In this document: piece by piece, positions 27,963 through 38,655 of the stretch | How positions within the stretch are numbered: the stretch's first letter is position 1 | How the letters are laid out: each line of letters opens with the position of its first letter | Source: Deinococcales bacterium | Lineage (GTDB): Bacteria > Deinococcota > Deinococci > Deinococcales > JAAFIG01 | DNA: 64,000 nt | Assembly (NCBI GenBank): GCA_031414595.1 | Contig: JANNVX010000086.1 | Location: 48,686-112,685, forward strand | Reading direction: 5' to 3' | Notes under the pieces: model-generated | Told to the model about the DNA's origin: nothing | Database searches by the model: none | What the model saw: only the letters and a program-made list of their open reading frames with translations | Translations under genes and position numbers: made by a program

Positions 27963-29285
27963 ATGTGGCGTAGAGCTTTTCAGATGGGTGGGTTGGTTTT
28001 GGCGTGCTTAAGTGCCTTGTCGTTTTACATTGTCGAAACCAAACCTAAAAATAAGAGTCTGGCGCAACCGAATTTAATTGCCGCCAACGGCATGACTCCT
28101 GTGGTCAATATCGCGGTGGCAGGGCGTGACATTGAGTATTGCAAACCAGGTTATGGTCCGATTGGTTTAGAAGCCGAACCCTGCGAAGGCATCGAGCGTT
28201 ATGGGCGGACAGACACAATGATGTTTGTGCGGATTCAACCGGGGCGGGTAGATGTGATTTCGATTCCTCGAGATACCTATATTCAGGATCGTTTTGGGGC
28301 GCATAAAATGAACAGCAGTTTCCCGTCAGGCGGTAAAGAAGCTGTGGCGGCAACTGGGATTACCGATTATAAGGATGCAGCCGCCGAACAACCATTTCGG
28401 GATGGTGGCTCGAAGGCATTTAAGGAATCTATCGAACAACTCTTGGGCGTGACCATAGATTACACCGTGATTTTTAATGTCGAATTGGTCGAAAAAGTGA
28501 TCGAGGCTTTGGGTGGCGTGGATGTCTATGTGCCAGAACCGATGAAATGGACTGACCGAGCGGCGGGTTTATACATTGACATTCCAGCCGGAAATGTCCA
28601 TTTGAATGGCAAAAAAGCCGTCGAATACCTGCGTTTTCGGCATGGCGTCGGTTCAGATTATGCTCGAATGGACAGGGGCAAAGATGTGATTGGCAAGTTA
28701 CTCAAAAAACTCAAAAGCCCAGCCGCCTTAAACCTAATTCCGACCATGATTGGGGCTTTGCAAAACGATATTATTACCAATGCCAACTTGGAATTTGCCC
28801 AAAGCATGATTGGTCACTCGAGAAACCTCACGCCGCATTTTCATACTTTGCCAACCCTCGAAGATGAACGCTACGGCTCGTACTTAATTGCTGACATGCC
28901 CAAAGTCCAAGAACTGATGCAGAGCATCACCAATCCAACTCAAGTCAATCTCGAGACTGCGCCCAGCGCCTTACCAAGCATTGTCAATCAAAGCGGGGTG
29001 CCGGGGCTTGGTCGGGCATTGGCTAAGTATCTCGAGCGCAACGGTTGGGGAACGCTTGAAGTGATTCCGTCCGAGGTGGTCAGTGCCGAACCCACCCGAA
29101 TTGTGCGCCGTTCATGGGGCAGTTTAGAGAGTGCTGAGTTCTATGCTCGAGTTCTCGGGGCTGGAATCAGCACCCCATACCGCTATCCCGATGGGGCTGG
29201 CGCAGTGGCGATTGTGCTTGGTAAGGACGCTGGCAATAAATTTGGGGCTTTAGCCACCGAAGCCAGTCGTCAGGGTTCACCCTAA
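27963..29285 (+). CDS. LCP (LytR-CpsA-Psr) family protein with LytR_C domain
   Basis: Motifs GRTDTM, SIPRDT, YLRFRH and DYAR. C-terminal N.SGVPGL and IVLGKD. Confidence 0.9.
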   Translation: MWRRAFQMGGLVLACLSALSFYIVETKPKNKSLAQPNLIAANGMTPVVNIAVAGRDIEYCKPGYGPIGLEAEPCEGIERYGRTDTMMFVRIQPGRVDVISIPRDTYIQDRFGAHKMNSSFPSGGKEAVAATGITDYKDAAAEQPFRDGGSKAFKESIEQLLGVTIDYTVIFNVELVEKVIEALGGVDVYVPEPMKWTDRAAGLYIDIPAGNVHLNGKKAVEYLRFRHGVGSDYARMDRGKDVIGKLLKKLKSPAALNLIPTMIGALQNDIITNANLEFAQSMIGHSRNLTPHFHTLPTLEDERYGSYLIADMPKVQELMQSITNPTQVNLETAPSALPSIVNQSGVPGLGRALAKYLERNGWGTLEVIPSEVVSAEPTRIVRRSWGSLESAEFYARVLGAGISTPYRYPDGAGAVAIVLGKDAGNKFGALATEASRQGSP

Positions 29286-29343
29286 CCATTTGCCAGATTA
29301 TCCGTAGACGCTGCTGGCTTGGTGCGAGTAGACTGAGCTATCA

Positions 29344-29682
29344 ATGACTCCAGATTTTTTAGAACAAATACAAATTATTAAAGAAGCACTCGAGGATAAA
29401 AAAGCCAGTAACATCGTGGCAATGGACTTAACCGAAGTCAGCACCACCTTGGATTACTTCGTAATAGCTTCTGCCACCAGCCAACCGCAATTGCAAGCCC
29501 TTGAACGCAGTGCGCTTGAGAAGATGCGTGAAGCTGGGGTGAAAGCGGTCAGCATCGAAGGTCCAAGTCCACGTTGGGTGCTGCTCAATTTTGGTGCGAT
29601 TATTGTGCATTTGATGACCCCAGAGACCCGAGACTTCTACGACCTCGAAGGGCTTTGGGCAGATGCTAGGGTCTTAGCTTAG
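29344..29682 (+). CDS. rsfS: Ribosome silencing factor
   Basis: Motifs DKKA, DYFVIAS, WVLL and FYDLEGLW. Confidence 0.94.
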   Translation: MTPDFLEQIQIIKEALEDKKASNIVAMDLTEVSTTLDYFVIASATSQPQLQALERSALEKMREAGVKAVSIEGPSPRWVLLNFGAIIVHLMTPETRDFYDLEGLWADARVLA

Positions 29683-30225
29683 GATTAAGTCGGCATAGAT
29701 TTGGTCTAGGCTTAGGGTTGTCTCGAGACATGGAATATCTATTTCGCCATTTTCTTGTAAGACCTCAAATGTCCAAATTTCTGCATTGCGTTTATAAACC
29801 ACAACCTGACGGGTTTTCTGGGAAATAATCGCATAGCGTTGCAGACTGGGGATTTTGGTGTACTCCTCGAGTTTTGTGCCGTTGTCCGTTTCGGCGGTGC
29901 TGTTCGATTGTACTTCGGCAATAAAACATGGATATTCGAGTGTGCGGATATTCTGTAAGGCTTCACAGGTAATCACAATGTCTGGGTAACGATACCGTGT
30001 GCCTCGGACTCGAGTTTGGATATTGGTGGTGTGCAACTTACATTTTTTAGCTCGAGCAATTGGGCGTAAGGCTTCGACAATGTTCAATACAATGTCATCA
30101 TGGGTTAAAGTTTCGCCTGCCATAGCGATTAACTGACCATCTACGAACTCATGGCGTAGTTCAGCCGTTTGTTCAAGCTCGAGGTACTGTTCTACAGTCA
30201 TCATTTTTTCGGCAATTAAGGACAT
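29674..30225 (-). CDS. Uma2 family endonuclease
   Basis: Motifs RHEFVDGQLIAMAG, YPDI, EVQSNST and IPSL. Confidence 0.9.
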   Translation of the reverse strand: MSLIAEKMMTVEQYLELEQTAELRHEFVDGQLIAMAGETLTHDDIVLNIVEALRPIARAKKCKLHTTNIQTRVRGTRYRYPDIVITCEALQNIRTLEYPCFIAEVQSNSTAETDNGTKLEEYTKIPSLQRYAIISQKTRQVVVYKRNAEIWTFEVLQENGEIDIPCLETTLSLDQIYADLILS

Positions 30226-30245
30226 AAACGTAGTGTACTTGAAAA

Positions 30246-30269
30246 AAGGACGGCGTTAAGCCGTCCTTT
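30246..30269 (-). terminator. Intrinsic terminator after glgP
   Basis: AAAGGACGGC-GTTAA-GCCGTCCTTT with a U-tract on the minus strand. Confidence 0.75.
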
Positions 30270-30283
30270 CAACATTTTTATGC

Positions 30284-32758
30284 TTATGCCCAGCGCAACA
30301 AGCCAACCTCGAGCGGGTTGCTGAGGTCATCGCGGTACGGCAAAGCCCGAACCCCAAGTTGCCATTCACCAGCTTCGGGCATGGTGATGCTGCCCGTGTA
30401 CTCGAGCCAGCCGTCTTCATGGGTTTTTTCAAAACTGAGGGCAGTACGTTGGAAGACACCGTTTTTACTGACCACCGCTTCTATTTGAATGTCATCTGCC
30501 AAGAGTTTACCCAACCAGACTCGAGCGCGAACTTGGTTGTTGGCTTCAAGCGAGGCACTTAGGCGAACCTCGCTCCATCCAGCGCGTTGGGTGGTTTTCC
30601 ATGCGGCAATATCTACGGCTTGGTCTATGGTTAGCGCTGTGGCTCGAGTGGCAGCAGGGGCATAAAGGTCAGTCACATAGTCTATCACTTGGCGTTGCAT
30701 CGAAAATTTTGGGGCAACCGTGCGGATGCCATTGCGGACTCGCTCGAGCCAGTCGTGTTTTTCCCCGTAATAAAGCGGCACAATTTCGTACTCGAGGATG
30801 TCGTACAGGCTTTGGCAGTCGCGGTCATCTTGGATGCGTAGCGATTCGTCATCCTCGGCAAATTCGCGTTCATCGCCGATTGCCCAGCCATTTGTGCCGT
30901 CATAGGCTTCACGCCACCAACCGTCTAAGATACTAAAATTCAGGCAACCATTTAAGCTGGCTTTTTCACCGCTTGTGCCGGAGGCTTCTAAAGGACGGCG
31001 TGGATTGTTCAGCCAAATGTCTGAGCCTTGAACCAAATGCCGTGCCACATTCATATCGTAATCCTCGAGAAACACAATTTTCCCTTTGAGGTCTGGGTCT
31101 TGGGAGTAGCGCCAGAGTTGTTGGATAAATTCCTTGCCGGGGTTATCGGCAGGGTGGGCTTTTCCAGCAAAAATAAATTGCACTGGGCGTTCTGGGTTAT
31201 TGACAATCCGTTTTAAGCGGTTGATGTCGCGGAACAAAAGCGTTGCCCGTTTATAGGTCGCAAAGCGCCTTGCAAAGCCAATTGTTAGGGCAGTTTCGGA
31301 TAGCACATGGGTGCTGCCAGCTGTGTTGTTGCGCTCGTTAGCACGGCGTAAACGGCTGCGGGTAAATTCAACCAATTTCTTTTTCAGGGTCAGTCTGGCT
31401 TCCCAGAGTTTATTGTCCTCGATTTTCTCGAGTTGCCAGACCTTGGGGTTTTCTAACTGTGAATCCCAGTATTTAGGAAAAGCCGCATCGTAGAGTTCTG
31501 CTAATTCGTGGGCTAAAAATGTACGGGTGTGAATTCCGTTGGTGACATGTTTAATTGGCACTTCGGGGGCATCTGCGCCGTCCCACAAGAAACTCCACAT
31601 CCCCCTCGAGATTTGTCCATGCAGTTCGGAAACGCCGTTGGCGTAGCGGCTTAGGCGCAGTGCCAGTACCGTCATTGAAAAGGTCGAACCCCATTTTTGT
31701 TGTTGGGTCGCAAGGGCATAAAGTTCTTCTTTAGTGACATTTAGGGCTTTCGCCCAAGATACAAGTTTACGCTCGATAAGTGGCATTCCAAACGAGTCAT
31801 TGCCGGCTGGCACAGGCGTATGGGTGGTAAAAATGCCACTCGAGGCAACCAATTCTATGGCGGCGTTCCAGTCTAGTCCAGTTTCGCGGTATTCACGTAG
31901 CCGCTCGAGACCAAGAAAAGCAGCGTGTCCTTCGTTCATGTGGTAGACCGTAATCGGCAGTTTTAAGGCTCGAGTCAGGCGCAATCCGCCAACTCCAAGC
32001 ACCAATTCTTGGGCAACCCGCAATTCTTCGCCCTTGCCGTATAAGCGTTTGGTGATGGCTTTGTCGGTTTCGGTGTTTTCATGGACATCGGTGTCGAGTA
32101 AATACAAGCTGATGCGTCCGATGTCTAAACGCCAAGCCTGAACTGTAACCATTCGGCTCGAGACCTCGACTTTCATTTTAATCACTTCGCCCGATTCGTC
32201 CAGCGCCAATGTCAGGGGTTGCTTGTGGGGGTTGATGATTTCGTAACGCTCACCCTGCCAGCCGCTGGCATCGAGTTGCTGATGAAAATAGCCATCGCGG
32301 AACAGTAAGCCAACTGCCACAAATGGCACACCTAAATCTGAGGCACTTTTGCAGTGGTCGCCAGCCAGTACACCAAGCCCACCCGAGTAAATCTGCAAGG
32401 ATTCGTGCAGCCCATACTCCATGCAGAAATAGCCAACCATACCCTTAAAATCGGGGTTGTGCTGCCTAAACCACGTGCTGTCCAAGGTCATGTACCTTTG
32501 GAAACGCTGATAGGTGCGCTCTAAGTCTGCCACAAAGTTTTCGTCATGGCTGACGCGGTTGAGGTCTGATTGACTGGCTTCTTGTAAAACCCGCACTGCG
32601 TTGTGGTTGGTGGTTTCCCAGACCAATGGGTTAATCGCTTCAAAAAGGGCTTGGGCTTCGGGATTCCAAGTCCACCAGAGGTTTCTTGAAATACTCTCCA
32701 AGGCTTTGAGATTGGCGGGCAGGGTTGGATTGATACGAATAGTCGCAATGGATTGCAT
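30284..32758 (-). CDS. glgP: Alpha-glucan (glycogen) phosphorylase
   Basis: Motifs YSGGLGVLAGD, NEGH, ARRFATYKR and the PLP motif EASGTSGEKA. Confidence 0.95.
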   Translation of the reverse strand: MQSIATIRINPTLPANLKALESISRNLWWTWNPEAQALFEAINPLVWETTNHNAVRVLQEASQSDLNRVSHDENFVADLERTYQRFQRYMTLDSTWFRQHNPDFKGMVGYFCMEYGLHESLQIYSGGLGVLAGDHCKSASDLGVPFVAVGLLFRDGYFHQQLDASGWQGERYEIINPHKQPLTLALDESGEVIKMKVEVSSRMVTVQAWRLDIGRISLYLLDTDVHENTETDKAITKRLYGKGEELRVAQELVLGVGGLRLTRALKLPITVYHMNEGHAAFLGLERLREYRETGLDWNAAIELVASSGIFTTHTPVPAGNDSFGMPLIERKLVSWAKALNVTKEELYALATQQQKWGSTFSMTVLALRLSRYANGVSELHGQISRGMWSFLWDGADAPEVPIKHVTNGIHTRTFLAHELAELYDAAFPKYWDSQLENPKVWQLEKIEDNKLWEARLTLKKKLVEFTRSRLRRANERNNTAGSTHVLSETALTIGFARRFATYKRATLLFRDINRLKRIVNNPERPVQFIFAGKAHPADNPGKEFIQQLWRYSQDPDLKGKIVFLEDYDMNVARHLVQGSDIWLNNPRRPLEASGTSGEKASLNGCLNFSILDGWWREAYDGTNGWAIGDEREFAEDDESLRIQDDRDCQSLYDILEYEIVPLYYGEKHDWLERVRNGIRTVAPKFSMQRQVIDYVTDLYAPAATRATALTIDQAVDIAAWKTTQRAGWSEVRLSASLEANNQVRARVWLGKLLADDIQIEAVVSKNGVFQRTALSFEKTHEDGWLEYTGSITMPEAGEWQLGVRALPYRDDLSNPLEVGLLRWA

Positions 32759-33017
32759 GATTTCTCCAAAATCTCAGCCAAAATACGGCGCTTTTGCACT
32801 CGATTTAATTTTGCTGACGGGCGCAGATTAGCACACCGCAAGCGCTTACAGTAGCAGTTTTGACCCGAAAATAGTGTATGGGCTTTGTGTTCTCGAGCGC
32901 AAAGAGCCGACTTTTTTATCTGGCTTGTAAAAATACAAAATAGAGGCTTTTAGTTTACTTGGGATTTTCTTTGCAAAAAATCCCTATTTGGAAGAATTGC
33001 ACATCATTTTCTTTCAC

Positions 33018-33096
33018 AGGGCGACCCCTGTCGCTGGTAGCTCCGTCGCCCCTATAGGACACCATTTCTCGTAGGGGCGAACCTCGTGTTCGCCCT
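33018..33096. repeat. Pair of GTAG-family REP-like palindromes
   Basis: AGGGCGAC...GTCGCCCCTAT and GTAGGGGCGAAC...GTTCGCCCT. Confidence 0.7.
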
Positions 33097-33224
33097 GCCA
33101 TTCCCCACATTTTATTTTTAAATAAAGCCCTACTGTCAACGCCAATCAGCTTGTCTGTTTTTTCACGAAAGAATCACAATTGGTCTGAACAGTTGTTTTG
33201 CAAATAACTTGATAGACTCCTCTC

Positions 33225-36200
33225 ATGCTGCTCGAGTTACACTTTTTAGGAATTGCCAAATTACTTGTGTCTGGTGTTCCCAAAGAAATTCGTCGTCAAC
33301 ACGCGCTGGCATTACTGGCTTACCTAGCCCTTCAACCCGGTTGGCAGGCTCGAGAACAGATTGCGACGATGCTCTGGGCGGATGCCGACACGATTTCGAG
33401 CCAACAAAGTTTACGGACTGCCTTGGCGCATTTGCGTGATGTGCTGGGGACAGCAAGCGACTTACTCGAGACGACCCGCAGCAAAGTGCAGTTGTCTAAC
33501 CAAAATCTTTGGCTGGATGTCTGGGAACTCCAAAATGCCAAAGATTCGCAACTCGAGAAGGTTATTAAGTTGTACCACAATGATTTATTAACCAATTTGC
33601 AGTTGCCCAATGCCCCAGAATTTGAGGCTTGGCTCGAGCAGAAAAGAGACCAAACCCGCAGCGAGTTTGATTGGTTGCTGCTGCGTCTATTTAATCAGCA
33701 AAGCAAAAGCGGTTCTATTTCGGCTGCCTTAGAAACAGCCCGTCGCCGTATCAACTTAAATGCCTTGAACGAAACCGCCCATCAAGACCTGATGCAGTTA
33801 TTATTAGAGCAAGGTAACCGAGCCTCGGCTTTAGAAGTCTTTCGGGTTTTAGAAAACAAATTAAAGACTGAACTTGGTCTAAGCCCAAATCCCGAAATTG
33901 CTAGACTGGCAAACCAAATCCAAAAACAAGGCGATCTTGTAGCGGCTGTACCAGAACCTTTTGTGGCAAGGGTAGACGAATGGCAAGCCCTCGAAACCGC
34001 ATGGCGCAAAGGGCAAAGGGTCTTGCTGCGCGGCGAACCCGGCGTAGGCAAAACCCGTTTGCTGCGTGAATTTGCTCGGGCTTGTGGGCTTTCGGTCTGG
34101 CTTGAAGGTCGCCCCGGCGATTCAAGTGTGCCTTTTGCCGCCGTGACACGGTTTTTGCGAACCCACCAAATAGAACAACTCGAGTTGCCAACTTGGGTCA
34201 AAAACGAACTTCATGGCTTACTGCCCGAAATCGAAGGACAAGAAAACACCACCCAGAATAAACAACGCTTATTCTCGGCGTTACTCGAGTGCTTTTCTTT
34301 GATTACAAGTCGCGTGGCATTGCTGATTTTAGATGATTGGCAATTTCTTGACCCCTCGAGCCTCGAGTATATTTTTTTCTTGCTAGAACAAAGCCAAGTC
34401 CCGATTGTTGCCACTGCCCGCAGTGCCGAATTAAATGTAGAGACTGAAAAACACATTGCGGCTTTGATTGGCGCTCAGCGTTTGGTACAAATCGAATTGC
34501 CACGCTTAAAACAAAGCGACTTAGAAAATTTACTGCGGGCATTACACTTAGACACCAAACAAGCCGAGTGGCTACACAAACGTACCGGGGGCAATCCGCT
34601 CTATGCCTTAGAAAGTGTCCGCGCTGGAATACAGGAAAATAAGCAATTGACCCAACTGATTGAAGCCCGTTTAGAACGCCTTTCCAAACCCGCCCGTGAT
34701 GTGGCGCGGGTGGCGGCGATTACCGAACGCGAATTTGGTTTAGAACTGACGGCTCAGATTTTAGAAGTGCGTGAACTCGAGTTATTAGAACCAATAGACG
34801 AATTACAACAAAAAAACCTGATGACAGATATGCGTTTTGCCCACGATCTGGTGCTTGAAACCCTGCGTGAGAACATGCCCTTAACCACACGACGTTGGCT
34901 GCACGGGCGAGCTTTAGTGCTTTTAGAACAAAAACAAGTCAGCCCAGCGATTCTGGCGTTTCACGCCATAAAAGCCGCGAAACCTATGGCGGTCTTGCGT
35001 CATAGCAGCGTGGCTGGCGCTCGAGCTGTCGAAGTCTATGCCTACACCGAAGCCTTGGAGCATCATCAACATGCACTGCTGGCACTGCTCGAGTTATCCG
35101 ATTCCGAAGCCCAAAGTTTAGAACAGCCGCCACTGATTACCTTTTTTGATGCTTACGCCACGCTTTTAACCCAGCAATCTCGGTTTAGAGAACTGCAAGA
35201 CGCACTGCAACAAGGCATTAAACATGCTCAACGCTGGGCATGGCGATGGTTAGAAGGCGCATTGCACAACTTAAGCGCACGGGCATGGTTACGGGCTGGC
35301 ACAGACTTAGAAGCGGCTGAACAAATGTACCAAAAAGCCAGTCAACTCACCGCAAAAAACCCTCAATTAGAACTCGATACGCTTTTAACACGGCATCATC
35401 TCGAGGGTGCAAAAGGCAACTGGGCAATGGCAGAAGAATCGGCTCGAGCCGCCGCCCAAAAAGCCTTAGAAGCCAAGCAACCCGAATTACAACAAGAAGC
35501 CCTGATGGGTGCATTGTTTGCCGAGCAGAACTTAGGCGCATGGGCAGAATTACGAATCACTGCCGAAGAAGTCAGACCGATTTCCGAGCAAGTGGGCGGT
35601 AAAGCATCGCTGGCACATGGCTGGGCAGTCAGTGCAATAGCCAGTGTTTACCTTGGGCAACCACGCCGCGCCATCCCCGAAGCCGAGAATGCCTTTAGCA
35701 CCCTATCCAGCATTGGGTGGGGGTCTGGGCAACGCTTTGCCGCCCAAGCCCTGACCCAAGCCCATGCCGAACTTGGCGAACTCGAGAAAGCCTTGGAATT
35801 TAATGCCCCAACTGTGTTCCACGAAAACGCAGCCACTCGTCCAGCCGCTCATGCCAGAAGTTGGCTGACTCGAGCGCAGATTTATTGGCTGCAAAACGAT
35901 AGCCTAAATGCCTTAGCCGCCACCGAACAAGCCAAACAGATTGTTGGTCTGGTCATGCCCTTTGAGGCTTTTCAAATCAAAGCCTGTATTGCCAGTTTTG
36001 AAAGTGCTATTTTTATGCAGTGTGGCAACCAAGACAAAGCCCTAGAAGCCGCTTTAGAAGCCCAGCAGCAACGCAACCATCATGTGTTGTACGGTTGGAC
36101 ACGTTGGACACCGCACTGGCTCGAGATTCGCAGCTTATGCCTAGGGAGTCTTCTTGAGCTTGCCGAAAAACGCATATCCGAATTACGTTTACTCGAGACC

Positions 36201-36374
36201 GACAACCTACGCTGGCAAATCGAAGTTCTGGCAGCCGAAACTGAATTGGAAGTTGCTAGAAATAATTCTAAAGCCGCTCGTAAAAACCTAAGTCAAGCTA
36301 TTAAAATAGCCCAGCAAATGGATTTACCACTGCGTTTAGGTCAACTCGAGCAAACTCGGCTGGAAATTGGATAA
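33225..36374 (+). CDS. SARP/AfsR-like transcriptional regulator (wHTH-BTAD-AAA ATPase-TPR)
   Basis: ALLAYLAL, BTAD region (EFEAWL..R, E.AHQ.LM, ELGLSP), GEPGVGKT, LDDWQ, GGNPLY and FAHDL. Confidence 0.88.
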   Translation: MLLELHFLGIAKLLVSGVPKEIRRQHALALLAYLALQPGWQAREQIATMLWADADTISSQQSLRTALAHLRDVLGTASDLLETTRSKVQLSNQNLWLDVWELQNAKDSQLEKVIKLYHNDLLTNLQLPNAPEFEAWLEQKRDQTRSEFDWLLLRLFNQQSKSGSISAALETARRRINLNALNETAHQDLMQLLLEQGNRASALEVFRVLENKLKTELGLSPNPEIARLANQIQKQGDLVAAVPEPFVARVDEWQALETAWRKGQRVLLRGEPGVGKTRLLREFARACGLSVWLEGRPGDSSVPFAAVTRFLRTHQIEQLELPTWVKNELHGLLPEIEGQENTTQNKQRLFSALLECFSLITSRVALLILDDWQFLDPSSLEYIFFLLEQSQVPIVATARSAELNVETEKHIAALIGAQRLVQIELPRLKQSDLENLLRALHLDTKQAEWLHKRTGGNPLYALESVRAGIQENKQLTQLIEARLERLSKPARDVARVAAITEREFGLELTAQILEVRELELLEPIDELQQKNLMTDMRFAHDLVLETLRENMPLTTRRWLHGRALVLLEQKQVSPAILAFHAIKAAKPMAVLRHSSVAGARAVEVYAYTEALEHHQHALLALLELSDSEAQSLEQPPLITFFDAYATLLTQQSRFRELQDALQQGIKHAQRWAWRWLEGALHNLSARAWLRAGTDLEAAEQMYQKASQLTAKNPQLELDTLLTRHHLEGAKGNWAMAEESARAAAQKALEAKQPELQQEALMGALFAEQNLGAWAELRITAEEVRPISEQVGGKASLAHGWAVSAIASVYLGQPRRAIPEAENAFSTLSSIGWGSGQRFAAQALTQAHAELGELEKALEFNAPTVFHENAATRPAAHARSWLTRAQIYWLQNDSLNALAATEQAKQIVGLVMPFEAFQIKACIASFESAIFMQCGNQDKALEAALEAQQQRNHHVLYGWTRWTPHWLEIRSLCLGSLLELAEKRISELRLLETDNLRWQIEVLAAETELEVARNNSKAARKNLSQAIKIAQQMDLPLRLGQLEQTRLEIG

Positions 36375-36421
36375 TTCTCTATTAAGTGACTACCAATGAG
36401 ACTCATGGTCATTGAACAAAC

Positions 36422-36451
36422 TTGACAAAAAGTCTAATTTAGACTTAAAGT
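36422..36451 (+). promoter_or_regulatory. Promoter with palindromic operator between -35 and -10
   Basis: TTGACA at 36422, AAGTCTAA-T-TTAGACTT at 36430-36446, TAAAGT at 36446. Confidence 0.65.
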
Positions 36452-36472
36452 TAAATTTAAGGAGAAAACCCA

Positions 36473-36919
36473 ATGTCATACTCAGCCCAAGAATACGCCA
36501 CTTCTTTCCTCAATCACCGCCAACCACTACTTGAATTACTCGAGAAAATCCCAGATACCCACAGCGATTTTACGATGTACAACGGCGGATTGAGCATCGT
36601 CCAACAACTTAATCAACTGATCGGCTTTGATAATAGTGTGCTTGAAGCCCTGACACAACAACCCCAAGCCGAACCTGACCACAGCTTAATCTCGAGTGCA
36701 AGGCAACAGTTGAGCAGCAATGCCACACAAATCTCGACCCTATACGCAGCGTTGTCAACCGCCTTACTTGATAGTCAACTCGAGGTCGAAACCCAAACCC
36801 GCACTGTCTACCAATGGCTTGAATTCGTTCGCGAACACGAAATACATCACAAAGGACAACTCTGGATTGCAGCTCGAATGCTGCGAATCGAACCGCCGTA
36901 CTACTTAAAAATCACGTAA
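36473..36919 (+). CDS. DinB family protein
   Basis: HEIHHKGQL motif, 148 aa, AAGGAG RBS. Confidence 0.85.
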   Translation: MSYSAQEYATSFLNHRQPLLELLEKIPDTHSDFTMYNGGLSIVQQLNQLIGFDNSVLEALTQQPQAEPDHSLISSARQQLSSNATQISTLYAALSTALLDSQLEVETQTRTVYQWLEFVREHEIHHKGQLWIAARMLRIEPPYYLKIT

Positions 36920-36931
36920 AATAATCCAACC

Positions 36932-37546
36932 ATGCCTAAAGCCGATTACAACCACCTTTATCCACTCTGTGAAGCTATTGCTGCTTGGTTACATCCTCAT
37001 GCAGAAATCGTGATTCATGACCTAGCCACAGATACCATAGTTGGTATTTGGAATAATTATTCTAAACGCAAAATTGGTGATTCCAGTCTGATAGATCATG
37101 AAATTCAACTCGAGAACAACCAAGAAGTCTACGGACCGTATGAACGTACCAACTGGGACGGCAAACGCCTAAAAAGCATCAGTAGTGTAATCAAAAATTC
37201 CAACGGTCAACGCATTGGGCTGCTTTGCATGAACTTTGATATTACCAAGTTTGAAGCCATACAAACCTTCCTCGAGACCTTTACTCGCACCACCGCCGCC
37301 ATTCCCGCAGCCTTAATCGAACTTGATTGGCGGGAACAAATCCATTTAGCCCTAAGCAGTTACTTGCAACAACAAAACACCACCTTAAATTCCATGACTC
37401 GAGAACAAAAAATCCAAGCCGTTCGTAGCCTTGACCAGCAACACCTTTTTGCCACTCGTAACGCTGCCCAGCACGTCGCCAGAATCTTGGAAGTCTCGAG
37501 GGCAACTGTTTACAATTGGTTAAATGCCTCAAGGAGAGAATCATGA
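36932..37546 (+). CDS. YheO/DauR-like PAS-HTH transcriptional regulator
   Basis: EIVIHDL, SKRKIGD, GLLCMN and C-terminal VSRATVYN HTH. Confidence 0.9.
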   Translation: MPKADYNHLYPLCEAIAAWLHPHAEIVIHDLATDTIVGIWNNYSKRKIGDSSLIDHEIQLENNQEVYGPYERTNWDGKRLKSISSVIKNSNGQRIGLLCMNFDITKFEAIQTFLETFTRTTAAIPAALIELDWREQIHLALSSYLQQQNTTLNSMTREQKIQAVRSLDQQHLFATRNAAQHVARILEVSRATVYNWLNASRRES

Positions 37547-38655
37547 ACTTAAAAACTTTTAGAATCGAAAAATACTACGCCAAGCACGAATTTAGTGCAA
37601 AATACATGCTCTCGAGTTCCGATGCCGAGTCGCGCACTATTGCCGAGCTACTGGCATTTGAAACAGGAGCAAAAGAACATTTTGAGACCATGCACTTAGG
37701 CTACACCGAATCGGCTGGCGCACCTGATTTACGCCAAACCATTTCGACCATTTACAGCCAAATCTCAAGTGACGATGTGCTGGTAATGTCCAGTGCCGAA
37801 GAAGGTATTTTTGTTTTTTATAACACCTTACTTGGCGCAGGTGACCATGCGATTATCGAAAGCCCTTGTTATGAATCTGGTTTAGAACTGGCTCGAGGTA
37901 CGGGCGCAGCAGTGAGTCTTTGGCAACGCCATTTTGAAGATGGCTGGGCGCATGATTTAGACGCACTAAAAGCACTGATTCGTCCAAATACCAAAGTGAT
38001 GTACTTAAATTCACCATCGAATCCAACGGGGATCAACATGAACCGCAAAGTCATGCAGGCAGTCATGGATTTAGCAAAAGAACATAAGATAATTGTTTTG
38101 TGTGACGAGGTTTACCGCGAACTCGAACACGACCCTGCAACTATTTTACCTGCGGCTTGTGATTTATACGAAAATGCTGTATCGCTAGGCTCAATGTCAA
38201 AATCTTACGGACTGCCCGGACTGCGGCTAGGGTGGCTCGTGACCAGAAACCCTTCGCTACTCGAGAAATTCCTGCATTTTAAGTGGTACACCACAATCTG
38301 CTCCAGTGCGCCATCAGAATTCCTGAGCAACTTAGCCCTGCGCTACCGCCACATTTTGCTCGAGCGTAACCGAGCCATTGTGCAGACCAATTTGCCGCTT
38401 CTGGAAGCCTTTTTGCAACGTCAAGCAGCCTTTTTTGAGTGGGTCAAACCAGATGCCAGTCCAATTGGATTTCCAAAAGTACACCAAGGAATCAATGTGG
38501 ATCAGTTCTGCGAAGAAATCGTGACCAAAACCAGTGTGCTTTTATTGCCCGGCAGTGTTTACGACCAACCTCAGCATCTGCGGATTGGCTATGGTCGAGC
38601 CAATATGCCCGAGGCATTAACCATTCTCGAGACCTACTTAGATGGTTTGAAATGA
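37543..38655 (+). CDS. PLP-dependent aminotransferase class I/II
   Basis: Motifs NPTG, DEVY and SKSYGLPGLRLGW. ATGA overlap and RBS. Confidence 0.9.
   Translation: MNLKTFRIEKYYAKHEFSAKYMLSSSDAESRTIAELLAFETGAKEHFETMHLGYTESAGAPDLRQTISTIYSQISSDDVLVMSSAEEGIFVFYNTLLGAGDHAIIESPCYESGLELARGTGAAVSLWQRHFEDGWAHDLDALKALIRPNTKVMYLNSPSNPTGINMNRKVMQAVMDLAKEHKIIVLCDEVYRELEHDPATILPAACDLYENAVSLGSMSKSYGLPGLRLGWLVTRNPSLLEKFLHFKWYTTICSSAPSEFLSNLALRYRHILLERNRAIVQTNLPLLEAFLQRQAAFFEWVKPDASPIGFPKVHQGINVDQFCEEIVTKTSVLLLPGSVYDQPQHLRIGYGRANMPEALTILETYLDGLK

Noticed and set aside
29674-30225. Uma2 nuclease as the cognate enzyme for CTCGAG
   Set aside because: Uma2 genes are common and usually multicopy. There is no adjacent methylase and nothing links it to the motif.
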